Source of the DNA: Phoronis australis
Taxonomy: Eukaryota; Animalia; Phoronida
Direction: 5' to 3'
Length of the DNA stretch: 64,000 nt
NCBI GenBank assembly: GCA_002633005.1
Contig: NMRA01000405.1
Location: 208,702-272,701, forward strand
Position 1 is the first letter of the stretch. Each line of letters opens with the position of its first letter. Positions 1-12,989 of this stretch are shown here, piece by piece. Position numbers and translations under genes: made by a program. The notes under the pieces were generated by a model, which worked only from the letters and a program-made list of their open reading frames with translations, did not search any database and had not been told where the DNA came from.

Positions 1-1379
1 CTTTTGCCTGTTTGAGACTTGATGATACTCCATTAGGCTTATCTTAGAACTGTTTTCCATTGCCCATCATCTTCAGTTCTGACTGTAAAGTTACTGTGGT
101 TGTCTGAAAGAGAGGAATATACATATTATTAACAGTTTAGTTTTTTCACAGAAATGGTAAATTTGCTGTTTTGCATTGTATTAGGTTATGATTAACTGTC
201 AGGCAAAGTAGGAAAATATATCCTACAGCATACAAAATTGATCCATGTGTGTAACCTTTTTGGGTTCTGACAGCCAGGGTAGTTTAACTTGGAAATAGGG
301 ATATCTTTAATTAACAGTCTTGGACTGGGGCACTTGTGCAAACCTGTATGGCTGCCATCATGGGGCCACTAGCAACACAAATCAGCACAAAACTATCGGT
401 ACTTTATCAGCCCAAAAATACACCAGCAATGTAAGAAACCCCAATATAACAAAATAGCGTTCACAGTTTTGGTACCAACAAAACAAAATAAAAGTACACC
501 AAAATTAATAGAACACACAGTTGGACATTATAATCTGTATCTGATCTGGAGAGAAAGTGAAAACTGACTTTGAGTACTGAGCTAAGTGGATAGTGTTATT
601 AACTACAAATGTCTAGTTATGATGAAATCTTTGATAGAGTTTTAACACTACCAAAGAATAATTGCATGTATTCCAACTCACCTTCGGGCACCTTCACCGG
701 GTTCATATAGGCCAAATTTCTAATTGCTCTTTGACAGCCGTGTAGTTGACTGACATCTCCACTTCAAAATCTTTTACTGGGTTTGATGCTGCCTCGTAAT
801 TTTCTACAAAGCCATGGATATTACCCCCAGTGTTTTTTGAAATACTTCACCCACTCTTTTTCTGTGGAGACACTGACAAATGCTCATATTTTCTTTGCTT
901 GCCTGTGTGGTATGTGGGGCCCCACTTTTCCAGACACTCAAAAAATCTGACAATGTTTATAAAAATATTCAGATCTTCAATTTTTTTCTGAGTGGATGTA
1001 AATTGAGCTCGACCTAAATGAAAATATGGTTTTATTCAAAATAGTTTCAAAATTCCTTTTTAATATTAAGTGTGGGTCCGTGTGTGTGAGTAAACTCTTT
1101 GTGTGAGTAGATAAATTGTATACATGTGAAATTATTTATTTCGAGTCTGTGACAATTTCATAATAAACATTAAAAAATTCTTTTACTGCAGTTTCATCTC
1201 CACAATCCATTGCACAAATAAGTCTTAACGTCCAGCTGATCAAATTTTGGTAGCCGCGCGCTTTTGTCTTTCGTATCTTCTTTGTAGAAGAGTGTCTGGG
1301 AATCCCTGCACTCCAAAAATAGAATCATGATTTTCGACAACAGATGTCCTTGCTGCATACCTGGATTGGCTCGTTGACA

Positions 1380-2230
1380 TTGTCCCGCTTCCGAATCAGA
1401 AAGAGGTCAAAGAGCTACATCCGGTAATACGCTATCTGGGCGCTAGATGTCGCGAGAGTAAAAAAGGTAATTTTGCGACTGGGTCGCGTTTGCATCGGCG
1501 ACAGTATTACAAGAGCAGCAACGACGGTCGTCCCAGCAACACGTGAACCTATCCATGCTACAGAGTCCGTAGCCAGCCAGCTAGCTGTATCAACAGACTG
1601 TCGTATATTTAGTATACAGCTTTACACCAAGGCTACATAATCCGTAGAAATGCCACAACGTACCTGCAACAACGCTACAACAGGCTTATTCGCCGGAGAT
1701 GTCATCAACGGTGGCACTTTTAACATCTTCGTGAAAGCAGACGACGTGTAGGCTACGCACTCCGGTCAATGACCTAGTTTCATGAATGAGCTTAGCTCTA
1801 CCGGATGAGGATTTTACAATGTTATAAACATTCTTGTTATTTATTTATTTTCGAAATATGATACACGTTCAGTGCACTTTATCTGTCGTTTTCACACTTT
1901 TTATCAATTTCAAGTAATAAACCGTTACATTTAAAAGTGTTTTCTTTTACTACATGTATATTAAGTTAGCAACATAATGCTCACGTCCATACAAAACAGG
2001 CTGTGATTAGCCAAGTGAACAGTCAGGGTGAAGTATTTATAAAATGCCGAAAGAAAACAAAAGCAACTCACGAATTCCATGCGTATGGGATAAATACAAA
2101 ACGTACCTCGACTGGCGTACATGAAGTAATATCCCCACTCGACCTTATTTCGCGTATCGACCGAGACCGCGGAATAATGTCTTGTGGTATATTACTTCAT
2201 GTACGCCACTCTCGGTACGTTTTGTTTATG
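1380..2230 (+). mobile_element. Crypton-like (tyrosine-recombinase DNA transposon) 3' remnant with terminal hairpin
   Basis: 1683-1751 reads GLFAGDVINGGTFNIFVKADDV*, resembling the C-terminal tail of Crypton/DUF3504 proteins. There is a long imperfect hairpin, 2094-2132 against 2189-2229. The same terminal module recurs in inverted orientation at 33309-33420 and 57540-57660. Confidence 0.5.
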
Positions 2231-3712
2231 TAGCCACCACGCGTGTTCAATGTCGATGAAACTTCTCTAATCGTCTACACAATCCTATCATCAAGCACCA
2301 TTCGGGCGAAGTACTTATCCGGGTACGGCCCGATGATTACGTGAAGTAAATTCATAAGTATTACTGACTTAGTTATCATGGTAATTAGTAGTACCAGTAG
2401 CTGCAACAATTTTGTTGTCCATCTATATCCCATCTTTAACGGAAAGGCCGGGGCTGGACATTTTCCGCGGGGAGTTCAGTCGAACCCCCCCCCCCAACAA
2501 CCCCCTAGGCTACGGTCCTGCAAATGGCAACTTTCATTACAGACAGCTACACGGTAATGGTCCATCAACCGATGCGAACACAACGCCAGTTCAACACTGG
2601 GGCTTTTTAAGGCTGTGTTTCTACCACCAACGTATCAAGACCGAATTTGCCTCAAGTCTAATTCATTACAAAGCATTCTATTTCATTCTTTGCCCTTGTG
2701 GAAAATATTCTCATATTATCGGACCGTCCAAAATTATTTAGCGCATCTACTTTCATTACACGTGAGTATTATTATTGCATTCAGATTTTGGTGGAACATA
2801 CTTATCCACACGCACACTGTAAGTTCAAGCTAGAAAGTACTAGTCGGACTATTACCGGAACTGCCCAGGATAAACATTGTGGGTCCGTGTCTGTCAAGGT
2901 TCTGAAAAAAGTAGATCCGTAGTATATGGGTGCAAAGCAGACCACGGTCTTCCGCAAGAGTCAACAGATTCAGGCACAATAAGTTGTGTTGATATCCTTT
3001 AAGGTCACTATCATATGGCAGCGGTTCACCTCGGTAGCCTATATAGTAATTCTGTGGAGACGAGGCTAGTGTTCTGTAGCGAACTGCGGTGTTTCGAGGT
3101 CCTATCACGTGTGGAATAAAGTTGCGACCGGTTTCACTTACGGATTTCGACGGTTACTAACTATTTCTAATTCCAGCTTGCCGTACCTATAAATCGTTAT
3201 AGTGTGAGTTAGAGTTTGATGTAAGGCAATATGCAAATCGTTTTACGCAGCACGTACAGTGTACATTATCTGTAAGACAATGCATGAGTGTTCATTATTG
3301 GAAAGGCGAGTTAATGCTTCTGCAAAACTAAGCAAAGTATCAGTCTCCCAGCAGTTTTGTTAAATCTGTGTTCTCAAGATAGTGAGCGTTGAATACTTGT
3401 ATCCATACTCATGTCGTTGCGTGGGTGGCGCTAGTTGTAGACCGTACCCGTTAACGATAACCTGACGGCTAGTCGAGCAGAGGAAAGAAGTCTGAATTCA
3501 ACATTTTTCCTTTTCAGGATTCCCAAAGGTTTTTATTTTTCAAGCTTGCCGTGGATCTATGGTTAATATCGCAGTCCAAACAGACAGCGGAAGCCACGAT
3601 GCGTTAACCGAAGTTGAAGTGGACAGAGATAGTCGCATTCATATCAATGCCACGAAACCCCCTAACGCGGATATGCTAACCGTGTATTCCACCACTCAAG
3701 GTTAGACATCTG

Positions 3713-4889
3713 CAGTCGATTTCATAAAGGTGGTTTAAAGTTAAACCAGGTTTAAACTGGACTTAGACCAGGTTTAATGATAATCTGCATTTCATGAAGG
3801 TGGTTTAACTTTTAGACCAGTGGTCTTGTAAAACCTGGTTTAACTCCAGTTTAGACCTGGTCTAAGTCAGTTTTCATTTCACCAACGAGGTCAATATTCT
3901 CTAGACCTGTATTAAGATCTTAAACCATGTTTAAGTTTAGACTTGGTCAGACCCAGGTTTAACTGTTAAATATGTCAGACTTGCATGGTATAGGTACAAC
4001 TGAACGATGCCGCGGTGTGCAATTACGACGCAGTTTTAGAGCGAAAATGGACTATTTTCATTATTCAGGTTTACTACGACACGAGATCAAACGTAACAGG
4101 GGCGGATCCAAGATTTTTTAAAGGAAAGGGGACGGTCAAGTACTGCTTGGAAGGGGGAACCTTGTCAACAATTTGAAAATTATAGATTTGATATCATTAA
4201 AATCAAGGGAAAAAGGGGGCTCCGGACCCCTTGACCCCCCCTGGATCCGCCTATGCGTAGACCAGTACGTGCTGGAGTCTGTCCTGCGGATTCCTCAGAA
4301 TACGACTGGTCGAGCAGGGCGTCATCGTCGCAAGCCCTACGGATTTGACTTAAAGACAGCATACTCTGATTCTTCTGACTGAGTTCCACCTCCACTGTTC
4401 TCCGATTCAATGTTGCCGGGAAGGGGTCATGCCCCCCCTTTGGCCGCGAAAAATAAAAACTAAAATGACACGGAAATAAATTTGGGCCTTTACCATGTTA
4501 CATCTAATCGTGAGCATGTTCTTTAATGTGTGTGTGTGTTGGGCACACAAATTACATTTTTCCTCATGAGAAAAGGTTTTAGACCTTTGTCGTAAATGTC
4601 TGCACTGATTCTAGCGGTGTATGCCATTCTATACCCACGTGATCAAGGTTTCATTGAAGCACTTCAATAGTTTCTTTGTTGGGTTCACCCAGCTCGACAC
4701 AGTGGGGTGCCTTTGATACTTTAAACCTGGTTCTACTGAACCAGCTCCCTGATCTAGCAAAACCAGGCTTTCAGACTCTTAAACCATGTTGGTGAAATGC
4801 CAGTTAGGTCTAAAATTAGACCAGGTTTAGGAAGACCAGGTTTAAGTCTTAAACCTGGTTTTGTTAAACCACCTTTATGAAATCGGCTG
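3713..4889. mobile_element. Internally deleted PIF/Harbinger-type TIR element
   Basis: TIRs cagtcgatttcataaaggtggttta / taaaccacctttatgaaatcggctg, with a 3-bp CTG direct repeat on both sides. Subterminal 'aaaccaggttt' repeats are present. A transposase-like N-terminal remnant (RRSFRAKMDYF) lies near 4025-4095. Confidence 0.7.
4097..4255. mobile_element. GC-rich MITE nested in the Harbinger element
   Basis: Termini caggggcggatcc / ggatccgcctatg; flanks cgtaa/cgtag (near-perfect 5-bp TSD). Confidence 0.65.
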
Positions 4890-5099
4890 CTGTTGTTTGC
4901 AATGGAATAACGTTGTTTTGTATAAACTTTGGAGACTTTTGTTATTGTTGTGTACGTCTGTTTGTCGCATTACCACACACATCTGTTTGTCAAAGATTTA
5001 CAAATAATGCGACGTAATTTAGACCAAATTTAGATTTTAAAAGTATCTTGACGACTTCCAAATCCACTGGGGAATGCAATTCGTATAGGACTGAATGTG

Positions 5100-6740
5100 T
5101 CGTAAAATTTCAATTACGAACCAAAGGGGTATCAGGAAGTATTCCCATCATAAGTTATACAGTGTGCAAATTGTCGTCGAGGAGAAACTTACAACATAAG
5201 GTACTAATGCTAATAAAACAACGATGGATTTAAACCGGCTTCACATGTTTCGGCGTTTATTAAAACAACATCCTCAGAAGAAAAAAAAAACAGTGTCCAC
5301 CTTGCAAGACCCAACAACAAGTACTGATACACAGACACAGTCAGTTACTAGGGAGTAACAGTGGACTATACTAACAATGACAACCTGTGGTGTGCCAGTT
5401 GCCTATTGAGTCTGGGCTTGCACCAATTTATGTATAGACTGAACCTCACGAATTTTAGTCTCGTCTGCTGTTTCTGTTTGGTTTATTACAAAAAAGTCAT
5501 TGAAAGAGCATTGCTCGTAACAAACGACTGGAGCGCTGCAGATGAAAATCAATATGTGAACTTCAGTGAGAATTTAGATGTTCCCTGGTACAGGTTTTCA
5601 AGTGGCAAAGAGTTTCGCCTATATAACTGGAGCCTCGTCCAGCACAGAAATATGTGTACACTACCTTAGACTGTAGACCTGACTATAGGAAAGTTGTCCT
5701 TGGGATTAAATAAATTAGACAGTTTTAGAGACTTGAATGTTAATACAAATTTTAATTTAACACAGTAATAATTCACCAGTTTCTTGAGTTTTCGGTGAGC
5801 AATCTTGGCTTAACAACTAACATAGGGTATTTTGACAAACCTGTAGTTAGTTTTGACTACAGGACGAATATCACGAATATCACCAGCGTTACGTTGCAGT
5901 TTTGATATCTGCACCCTATTGACTTGTTTAAGGGGATAGCTATTCTTTTGCAAATTTGATGTAAGTTCTTTAACATCAGAATGAAATCTAGCCCGATTGT
6001 TGTGAATGCGATACACCCTGTCTATTAGAGTTTTACTGCGACCCGCCATATAAACAAAAGACGTCAAGCTATGAAAACAAGTGTAAAACCCTGCGAGGTA
6101 CCTTCACATTCAAATAACACGTCCAAAAATGGCAATTATGTTCTCAACCTCTATTTCCATACTGAATTTCAAGTAAGGATGCCTCGAGTTTAACTATACA
6201 ACAATTCCTGGGCTGCCTGCTGACTTTGAAATACAAAACGCAACGTCAACATATCGTCGATAGAAATAGACATGAGGACCAGCGTATGTCTCAATCCATG
6301 TTTTCTCATGGTGACCTAAACACATGCCGAGTAATATGGGAGCCAAAGGTGAACTCATTGCTATATATAAAATGGGATTTGCTGATGGCAAATAAATAGC
6401 TCCATCAATTCATATAATGTGATTTTTATACTAGGTCCGTTTATAATGATACAGCCAGTAGCCAAGATATACATTCGTCCATAGCCGGTAGATTAGTAAA
6501 CAAACTCGCATTATCACTAGAAGCCAAGAACCGATTAATGAGAACTTGACTTCAAACTTCAGGAACAAACGAGTATGTATCACCTGCTGTGTAATGTCCA
6601 TGTGTATGTGGTTTGAGTAGTACAAATGGACTTAGCAAGATTATAGTTGAACGTATTCACAGATGACCTGATAGATCTAAATGGAGGAAAAGGATCCTCT
6701 GTTACTCCCCTGTAACTGACTTATCTGTGTACTGTTGTTC
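5100..6740 (-). mobile_element. Decayed 5'-truncated Penelope-like retroelement (RT plus C-terminal GIY-YIG)
   Basis: Minus-strand remnants in PLE order: PFRSIRSSVNTFNYNLAK (~6630-6685), SLFTNLP, SSPLAPIL...YRRYVD (6194-6391 ORF), thumb LIDRVYRI...LQKNSYP (5810-6067), GIY-YIG YIGETLCHLKTCTREH (~5578-5624), then a hammerhead. A short inverted copy of 5314-5361 sits at 6698-6739. The left boundary is approximate. Confidence 0.85.
5239..5280 (-). ncRNA. Minimal type I hammerhead ribozyme motif (degenerate) in the PLE 3' pseudo-LTR
   Basis: The minus strand reads CTT-CTGAGGA-T-GTTGTTT-TAAT-AAACGCC-GAAA-CATG-TG-AAG: canonical core and a palindromic CATG helix III. The cleavage triplet is GTG rather than NUH, so it is probably inactive. 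Confidence 0.75.
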
Positions 6741-9700
6741 CTGGGTTTTCTTCAATTCTATTCTTTTTAGTCTGCGCGTGTAAGCGCAGAGTACTGTTGT
6801 TCCTGGGTTTTCTTCAATTTTATTCTTATTACTCTGCGCGTGTAAACGCAGAGTACTGTTGTTCCTGGGTTTTCTTCAATTTTATTCTTATGCTTATTCT
6901 TATTCTTATTACTCTGCGCGTGTAAGCGCAGAGTACTGTTGTTCCTGGGTTTTCTTCAATTTTATTCTTATTACTCTGCGCGTGTAAGCGCAGAGTACTG
7001 TTGTTCCTGAGTTTTCTTCAATTTTATTCTTATTCTTATTCTTATTCTTATTCTTATTCTTATTCTTCTTATTCTTCTTCCGACCAACTTTGAGGCTTAA
7101 TAACTCCAAATTGGGTGCAGGTACGGTCTTTAAATTCAGCATATGACTTTTGACAGTAAATAAATTTTGATTGGTTATTTAATAATATTCCATATTGTAC
7201 CGGAGGAGGGCGTTTGGTGCAAAGGTCATATGATTTTCAAAATGCTACTCCTCCCTCAGTTTTAAAGCGATCTTTTTCAAACTCGATGCACAGGTGTAAG
7301 TCAACATGACAATGTAAAAAATACTTTTCTAAGTAATCGGGTTATCCAATCAGGTGAAATAGGTCAAAGGTCATTAGGTGCAAACTAAAACTTTGAGCTA
7401 GACACTTCAAATTGACAGGTCTGATTGCCACAGGAAAATCAAATCGGAATCCAAAGTTTCAGTGCAAACATGGGGTCATTAGGTGCATTTTTCTTTTGAA
7501 AATTTGACTTTTTCAATCAGCAAGTATTCTGATGTGTCAACCATTAGACAATTGTGATTCTCAGCGTTAAACACATTTTCCATGGGCTTTGCAATAATTC
7601 TCCTAAAGATGCTTAAAAATCACCGGATCAGGCTAATTAGTGCAAAGGTCATGTAACGTTCAAAATATTATATCTCTTACGTTTTTCAAGGAATTCTTTT
7701 CAATTTCAGCACACTGGTGTAAGTCAACATGCCAATTGAATATCCTACCTTACTTCGCAATAGGCCTAACCAATCAGAAAAAATAGGTCAAAGGTCACTG
7801 AGTGCAAACTAAAATTTTGAGCTAGAGACTTCCGAATTACGTATCTGTTTACTAAGTGTGATTGAGTTTGAATTCTAAATTTTCAGGTCATTTGGTGCAC
7901 CCATGGGGTCATTAGGTGCATTTTCCTTCTGAAAGTTTGATCATTTCATTCATCTTGTATTCTGAAATGCTTAAAGTAAAACATCTGTGACTATTAGCAT
8001 TAACCACACTTTTTATCGAGTTAACAATTACATGTACACCCTCATCGGGGCTCATAATGCACCGGAAGAAGTCAATTAGTGGAAAGGTCATCAAAAAATT
8101 AATATGTAATTTCTCCGACAATTTTAAAGAACTCCTTTTCATATTGGTAAATGGGTTGCTGTCAGTAACTTCCCATAATAATTCCAGTAATACGCACGCG
8201 CAGAGTCTGTTATTGTCACGCCGTGACAATAATCATTCTAGTTCTTATTCTTCTTATTACTCTGCGCGTGAAAGCGCAGAGTGCTGTTGTTCCTGGGTTT
8301 TCTTCAATTTTATTCTTATTCTTCTTACTCTTCTTCCGACCAACTTTGACACTTAATAACTCCAAAATGGGTGCAGGTACGGTCTTTAAATTCATAATGC
8401 ACCGGAAGAGGTCAATTAGTGGAAAGGTCATCAAAAAATAAATATGTAATTTCTCCTACAATTTTAAAGAATTCCTTTTTCATATTGGTAAACGAGTTGC
8501 TGTCAGTAACTTCCCATAATAATTCCAGTAATACGCACGCGCAGGGTCGGTTATTGTCACGCCGTGACAATAGTCTTTCTTGTTACTCTGCGAGTGTAAG
8601 CGCAGAGTACTGTTGTTCCTGGGTTTTCTTCAATTTTATTCTTATTCTTCTTATTACTCTGCGCGTGTAAGCGCAGAGTACTGTTGTTCCTGGGTTTTCT
8701 TCAATTTTATTCTTATTCTTATTCTTCTTCTTATTCTTCTTCCGACCAACTTTGAGGTTTAATAACTCCAAATTGGGTGCAGGTACGGTCTTTAAATTCA
8801 GCATATGACTTTTGAGAGTACATAAATTTTGATTAGTTATATAATCATATTCCATACTGCACCGGAAGAGGTCGTTTGGTGCAAAGGTCACATAATTTTC
8901 AAAATGCTACTCCTCCTTCAGTTTTAAAGCTATCTTTTTCAAATTTGGTGCACAGGTATAAGTCAACATGAGAATTTAAAAAATTACTTTTCTAAGTAAT
9001 GTGGTCATCCAATCAGGTGAAATAGGTCAAAGGTCATTAGGTGCAAACTAAAATTTTGAGCTAGACACCTCAAATTTACAGGTCTAATTGCCAAAGCTAA
9101 GTCAAATCGGAATCCAAAGTTTCAAGTCATTTAGTGCAAACATGAGGTCATTAGGTGCATTTTTCTTCTGAAAATTTGACCTTTTCAATCAGCAAGTATT
9201 GTGATGTGTCAACCGTTAGACAACTGTGGTTCTCAGCGTTAAACACATTTTACATGGGCTTTGCACTAATTCTCCTAAAAATGCTTAAAATGCACCGGAT
9301 AAGGACAATTAGTGCAAAGGTCATGTAAAGTTCAAAATGTTATATCTCTTACGTTTTTCAAGGAATTCTTTTCAATTTCAGCACACTGGTGTAAGTCAAC
9401 ATGCCAAGTGAATACCCTACTTTACTTCGCAATAAGCCTAACCAATCAGAAAAATAGGTCAAAGGTCATTGAGTGCAAACTAAAATTTTGAGCTAGAGAC
9501 TTCAGCATTACGTATCTGTTTACTAAGTGCGATTGAGTTTGAATTCTAAATTTTCAGGTCATTTAGTGCACCCATGGGGTCATTAGGTGCATTTTTCTTG
9601 TGAAAATTTGACCACTTCATTCATCTTGTATTCTGAAGTGCTTAAAGTAAAACATCTGTGATTATTAGCATTAACCACACTTTTAATCGAGTTAACAATT

Positions 9701-11128
9701 ACTCCCTCATCGGTGCTCATAATGCACCGGAAGAGGTCAATTAGTGGAAAGGTCATCAAAAATTAAGATGTAATTTCTCCTACAATTTTAAAGAATTCCT
9801 TTTCATATTGGTAAACGGGTTGCTGTCAGTAAATTCCCATAATATTTCCAGTAATATGCACGCGCAGAGTCCGTTATTGTCACGCCGTGACAATAATCTT
9901 TCTAGTTCTTCTTCTTATTCTTCTTCCGACCAACTTTGAGACTTAATAACTCCAAATTGGCTGCAGGTACGACTTTAAATTCAGCATATGACTTTTGACA
10001 GTATATTAATTTTGATTGGTTATATAATCATATTTCATATTGCACCGGAAGAGGTCGTTTGATGCAAAGGTCAAATAATTTTCAAAATGCTACTCCCCCT
10101 TCAGTTTTAAAGCTATCTTTTTCAAATTCGGTGCACAGGTAAAGGTCAACATGACAATTTAAAAAATTACTTTTCTAAGTAATCGGGTCATCCAATCAGG
10201 TGAAATAGGTCAAAGGTTGTTAGGTGCAAACTAAAATTTTGAGCTAGACACTTCAAATTGACCTGTCTGATTGCCACAGGTAAATCAAATCGGAATCCAA
10301 AAGTTTCAGGTCATTTAGTGCAAACATGGGGTCATTAGGTGCATTTTCTTCTTAAAATTTGACCTTTTCAACCAGCAAGTATTCTGATGTGTCAACCGAT
10401 AGACAACTGTGATTCTCAGCGTTTAACACATTTTCCATGGGCTTTACAATAATTCTCCTAAAGATGCTTAAAATGCACCGGATGAGGTCGATTAGTGCAA
10501 AGGTCATGTAACGTTCAAAATGTTATATCTCTTAAGTTTTTCAAGGAATTCTTTTCAATTTCAGCACACTGGTGTAAGTCAACATGCCAATTGAATACCC
10601 TACTTACTTTGCAATAGGCGTAACCAATAAAAAATATGTCAAAGGTCATTGAGTGCAAACTAAAATTTTGAGCTAGAGACTTCAGTATTACGCATATGTT
10701 TACTAAGTGGGAGTGAGTTTGAATTCTAAATTTTCAGGTCATTTGGTGCACCCATCGGGTCATTAGGTGCATTTTTCTTCTGAAAGTTTGACCACTTCAT
10801 TCATTTTGTATTTTGAAGTGCTTAAAGTAAAACATCTGTGATTATTTGCATTAACCACACTTTTCATCGAGTTAACAATTTCTCCCTCATCGGGGCTCAT
10901 AATGCACCGGAAGAGGTCAATTAGTGGAAAGGTCATTAAAAAACTAATGTGTAATTTCTCCTACAATTTTAAAGAATTCCTTTTAATAATGGTAAACGGG
11001 TTGCTCTCAGTAACTTCCCATAATAATTCCAGTAATACGCACGCACAGAGTCCGTTATTCTTATTCTTCTTCTTCTTCCGACCAACTTTGAGGCTTAATA
11101 ACTCCAAATTGGGTGCATGCTACGGTCT
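6730..11128 (+). repeat. Tandem array of Helentron-associated (HINE/DINE-like) non-autonomous elements, about 4.5 copies
   Basis: The consensus unit has a 5' subTIR ttattactctgcgcgtg plus short IR gcgcagagta, a (TTATTC)n microsatellite, a core, and a 3' subTIR cacgcgcagagt, palindrome tattgtcacgccgtgacaata and CTAG-TT end. Copies lie at about 6730-8243, 8255-8582 (internally deleted), 8583-9907, 9908-11058 (no 5' subTIR, 3' end truncated) and a stub at 11059-11128. Confidence 0.8.
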
Positions 11129-11132
11129 TTAA

Positions 11133-12034
11133 AGACCCTACATAACGGCCAAATGACTTTTGAACATGTTAAATACATGTATATGTATCAGTGATCGACA
11201 CAAACATATCATCCCTCCGTTTACTCCTGGCATTAGCTAATTACGCCAATTACTATCGTACGACCCCATCATGAACCCCATTTAGCGCCGAAAAAAAACT
11301 TTAGGTGGCGCTCGTTCTAATCGACGCAAATGACGTCATCGTTGGTACCCAAGACGTATCGAACAGTCCGTTGCCACAGAAAGCTTACCTTACGGTGTCT
11401 GGTGCATATTTCACAGATTTTCAAAATTACAACTGTTAGAGACAACCAAGCTCAAATACTATGCGACACTTATCTCGACACTTCTACGTGCATGTAATAT
11501 CCTAAAACTCACTGTCCCTTGATCAGTAGTTTAGCGTCACCGCAGACAGTAGCGCGTTCTCGGTGGGGACCACTTACTCACTCTAACATCAAATGCTTAT
11601 TCACAAAGACGTCGGGNAGTGTTCAGTTCAATTCTGTTCGTTTCACTGCGTAGTTCATGGAGTGTCTACTTTATTTGACAAAGTAAGATACACGGAGATG
11701 TTTCATGGCCTCATATTTGCTATTAACAGCGTACCTTTCATTCTTCACTACCGCGAGCCACTTCCTAAGCATTTCGGTCTTTCGAGGAAGTCGATAAAAT
11801 GATATACCCGCTTTCTTCGCAGCTTCATAGTTCGGACAAGCGGGAACGATGCACTGCAATATAGCGGCATTCACTCTGCAGACGAACCACTTACGTCTCT
11901 GCGTCGTTTCTCACCTTCCTCACAGGTTAACGCGACACCTCTTGGCAAGGTGAGGTCGACCGCAAAAGAGGCGAAATAGATATAGACCGATTAAGACGGT
12001 AAAAAAGACTAATTAAATCGGGTGGCATTCTCCT
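11133..12034 (-). mobile_element. Kolobok-type non-autonomous element with THAP remnant
   Basis: TTAA lies at both ends (11129-11132, 12035-12038). The right end gtggcattctcct is shared with the elements ending at 32331 and starting at 58076. ORF 11671-11874 (CIVPACPN...ISFYRLPRKTEMLRKWLAVVK) is THAP-like. The left terminus does not match the right, so this may be a chimera. Confidence 0.65.
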
Positions 12035-12989
12035 TTAAGACATTTATGTTAGGCTTACCTTTTGACAAACTTCGCATTTTTTGTATTTTCACTGCTTAAA
12101 GGTAGCTTGCAGTTAATTTTAAACGTAGCATGATCATTGAACTGTGGTATGGTTACAAAAATGACAAGTCATGGTGTAGTGGCAAAAATGGCTATTTACA
12201 AAAATAACTCAAATTCCTTTTTTTAAAGCTTCAGATATCTAAATACCATGTTTTAACAACTTCAAAATGAGCTCTCTGCAACTCTACAGGCGAAGTGTAT
12301 AGGCTAGAGGCTCTCATCAAAAAGTAATTGAACCGTTTATTTTTTCGTGACGACAGCTCGAACAAGGCTTTGAGTTCAGTAATCCAGTGCCCCTCCCTGT
12401 ACCGATCGAATCTCTCTATGTTGGAAAAAAGTTCAGTTGAACGCCAGCTTACGGGAATATGAATGACAAAAAATGTACCTCTGCTACGAAACAAAACGAT
12501 GTCTTTAGGTCGAAATAACTGAAAAATAGCCAAAAATATATAAACCATTTCAAGAGACTATCGGTAGACTATAGTGGTGATGTCCAGCAGGTGCTGAGAC
12601 AAAGCCTAAAGGCAGACAGATGATTAAAACTCCGGAGTCAAAATCAGACAAGCCACTAACAATGTGACCCACCACCACAAAATGAGTCTTAAGTCGGGAT
12701 TTGTCATTTTTTATTTGTTATTTTTTCTAAAAATAGAGTATTTTCTGATCATTTTGAGGTATGAAAAATGTCCTTATCTTCACAAATGACCGAGTTACTG
12801 CCAATTCTAGTCGGGGAAAGCGAAAATTTAGAGCTTTCAAGAGTCAAGGAAAATGGCCGACAAAAAGTGCCGATAGTGTCTTTAAAATTTCCATATCAAC
12901 CTGCAGTTGAATGCTACATTTCAGACTTACTAGTTTACACAACAACACAAACAAATAAAATAATCAAAAATTAGAAAAAATATAGACCT

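Noticed and set aside
1-1013. Exon-like minus-strand segments (682-1013 and 1-103) considered as the missing last methyltransferase exon
   Set aside because: They contain stops in the required phase-0 frame and show no methyltransferase C-terminal similarity; probably decayed transposon-derived coding sequence of unclear family.
6730-7030. Short direct repeats with an internal palindrome, superficially CRISPR-like
   Set aside because: There are no unique spacers and no cas genes, and the context is eukaryotic; the repeats are the amplified 5' end of the HINE-like element.
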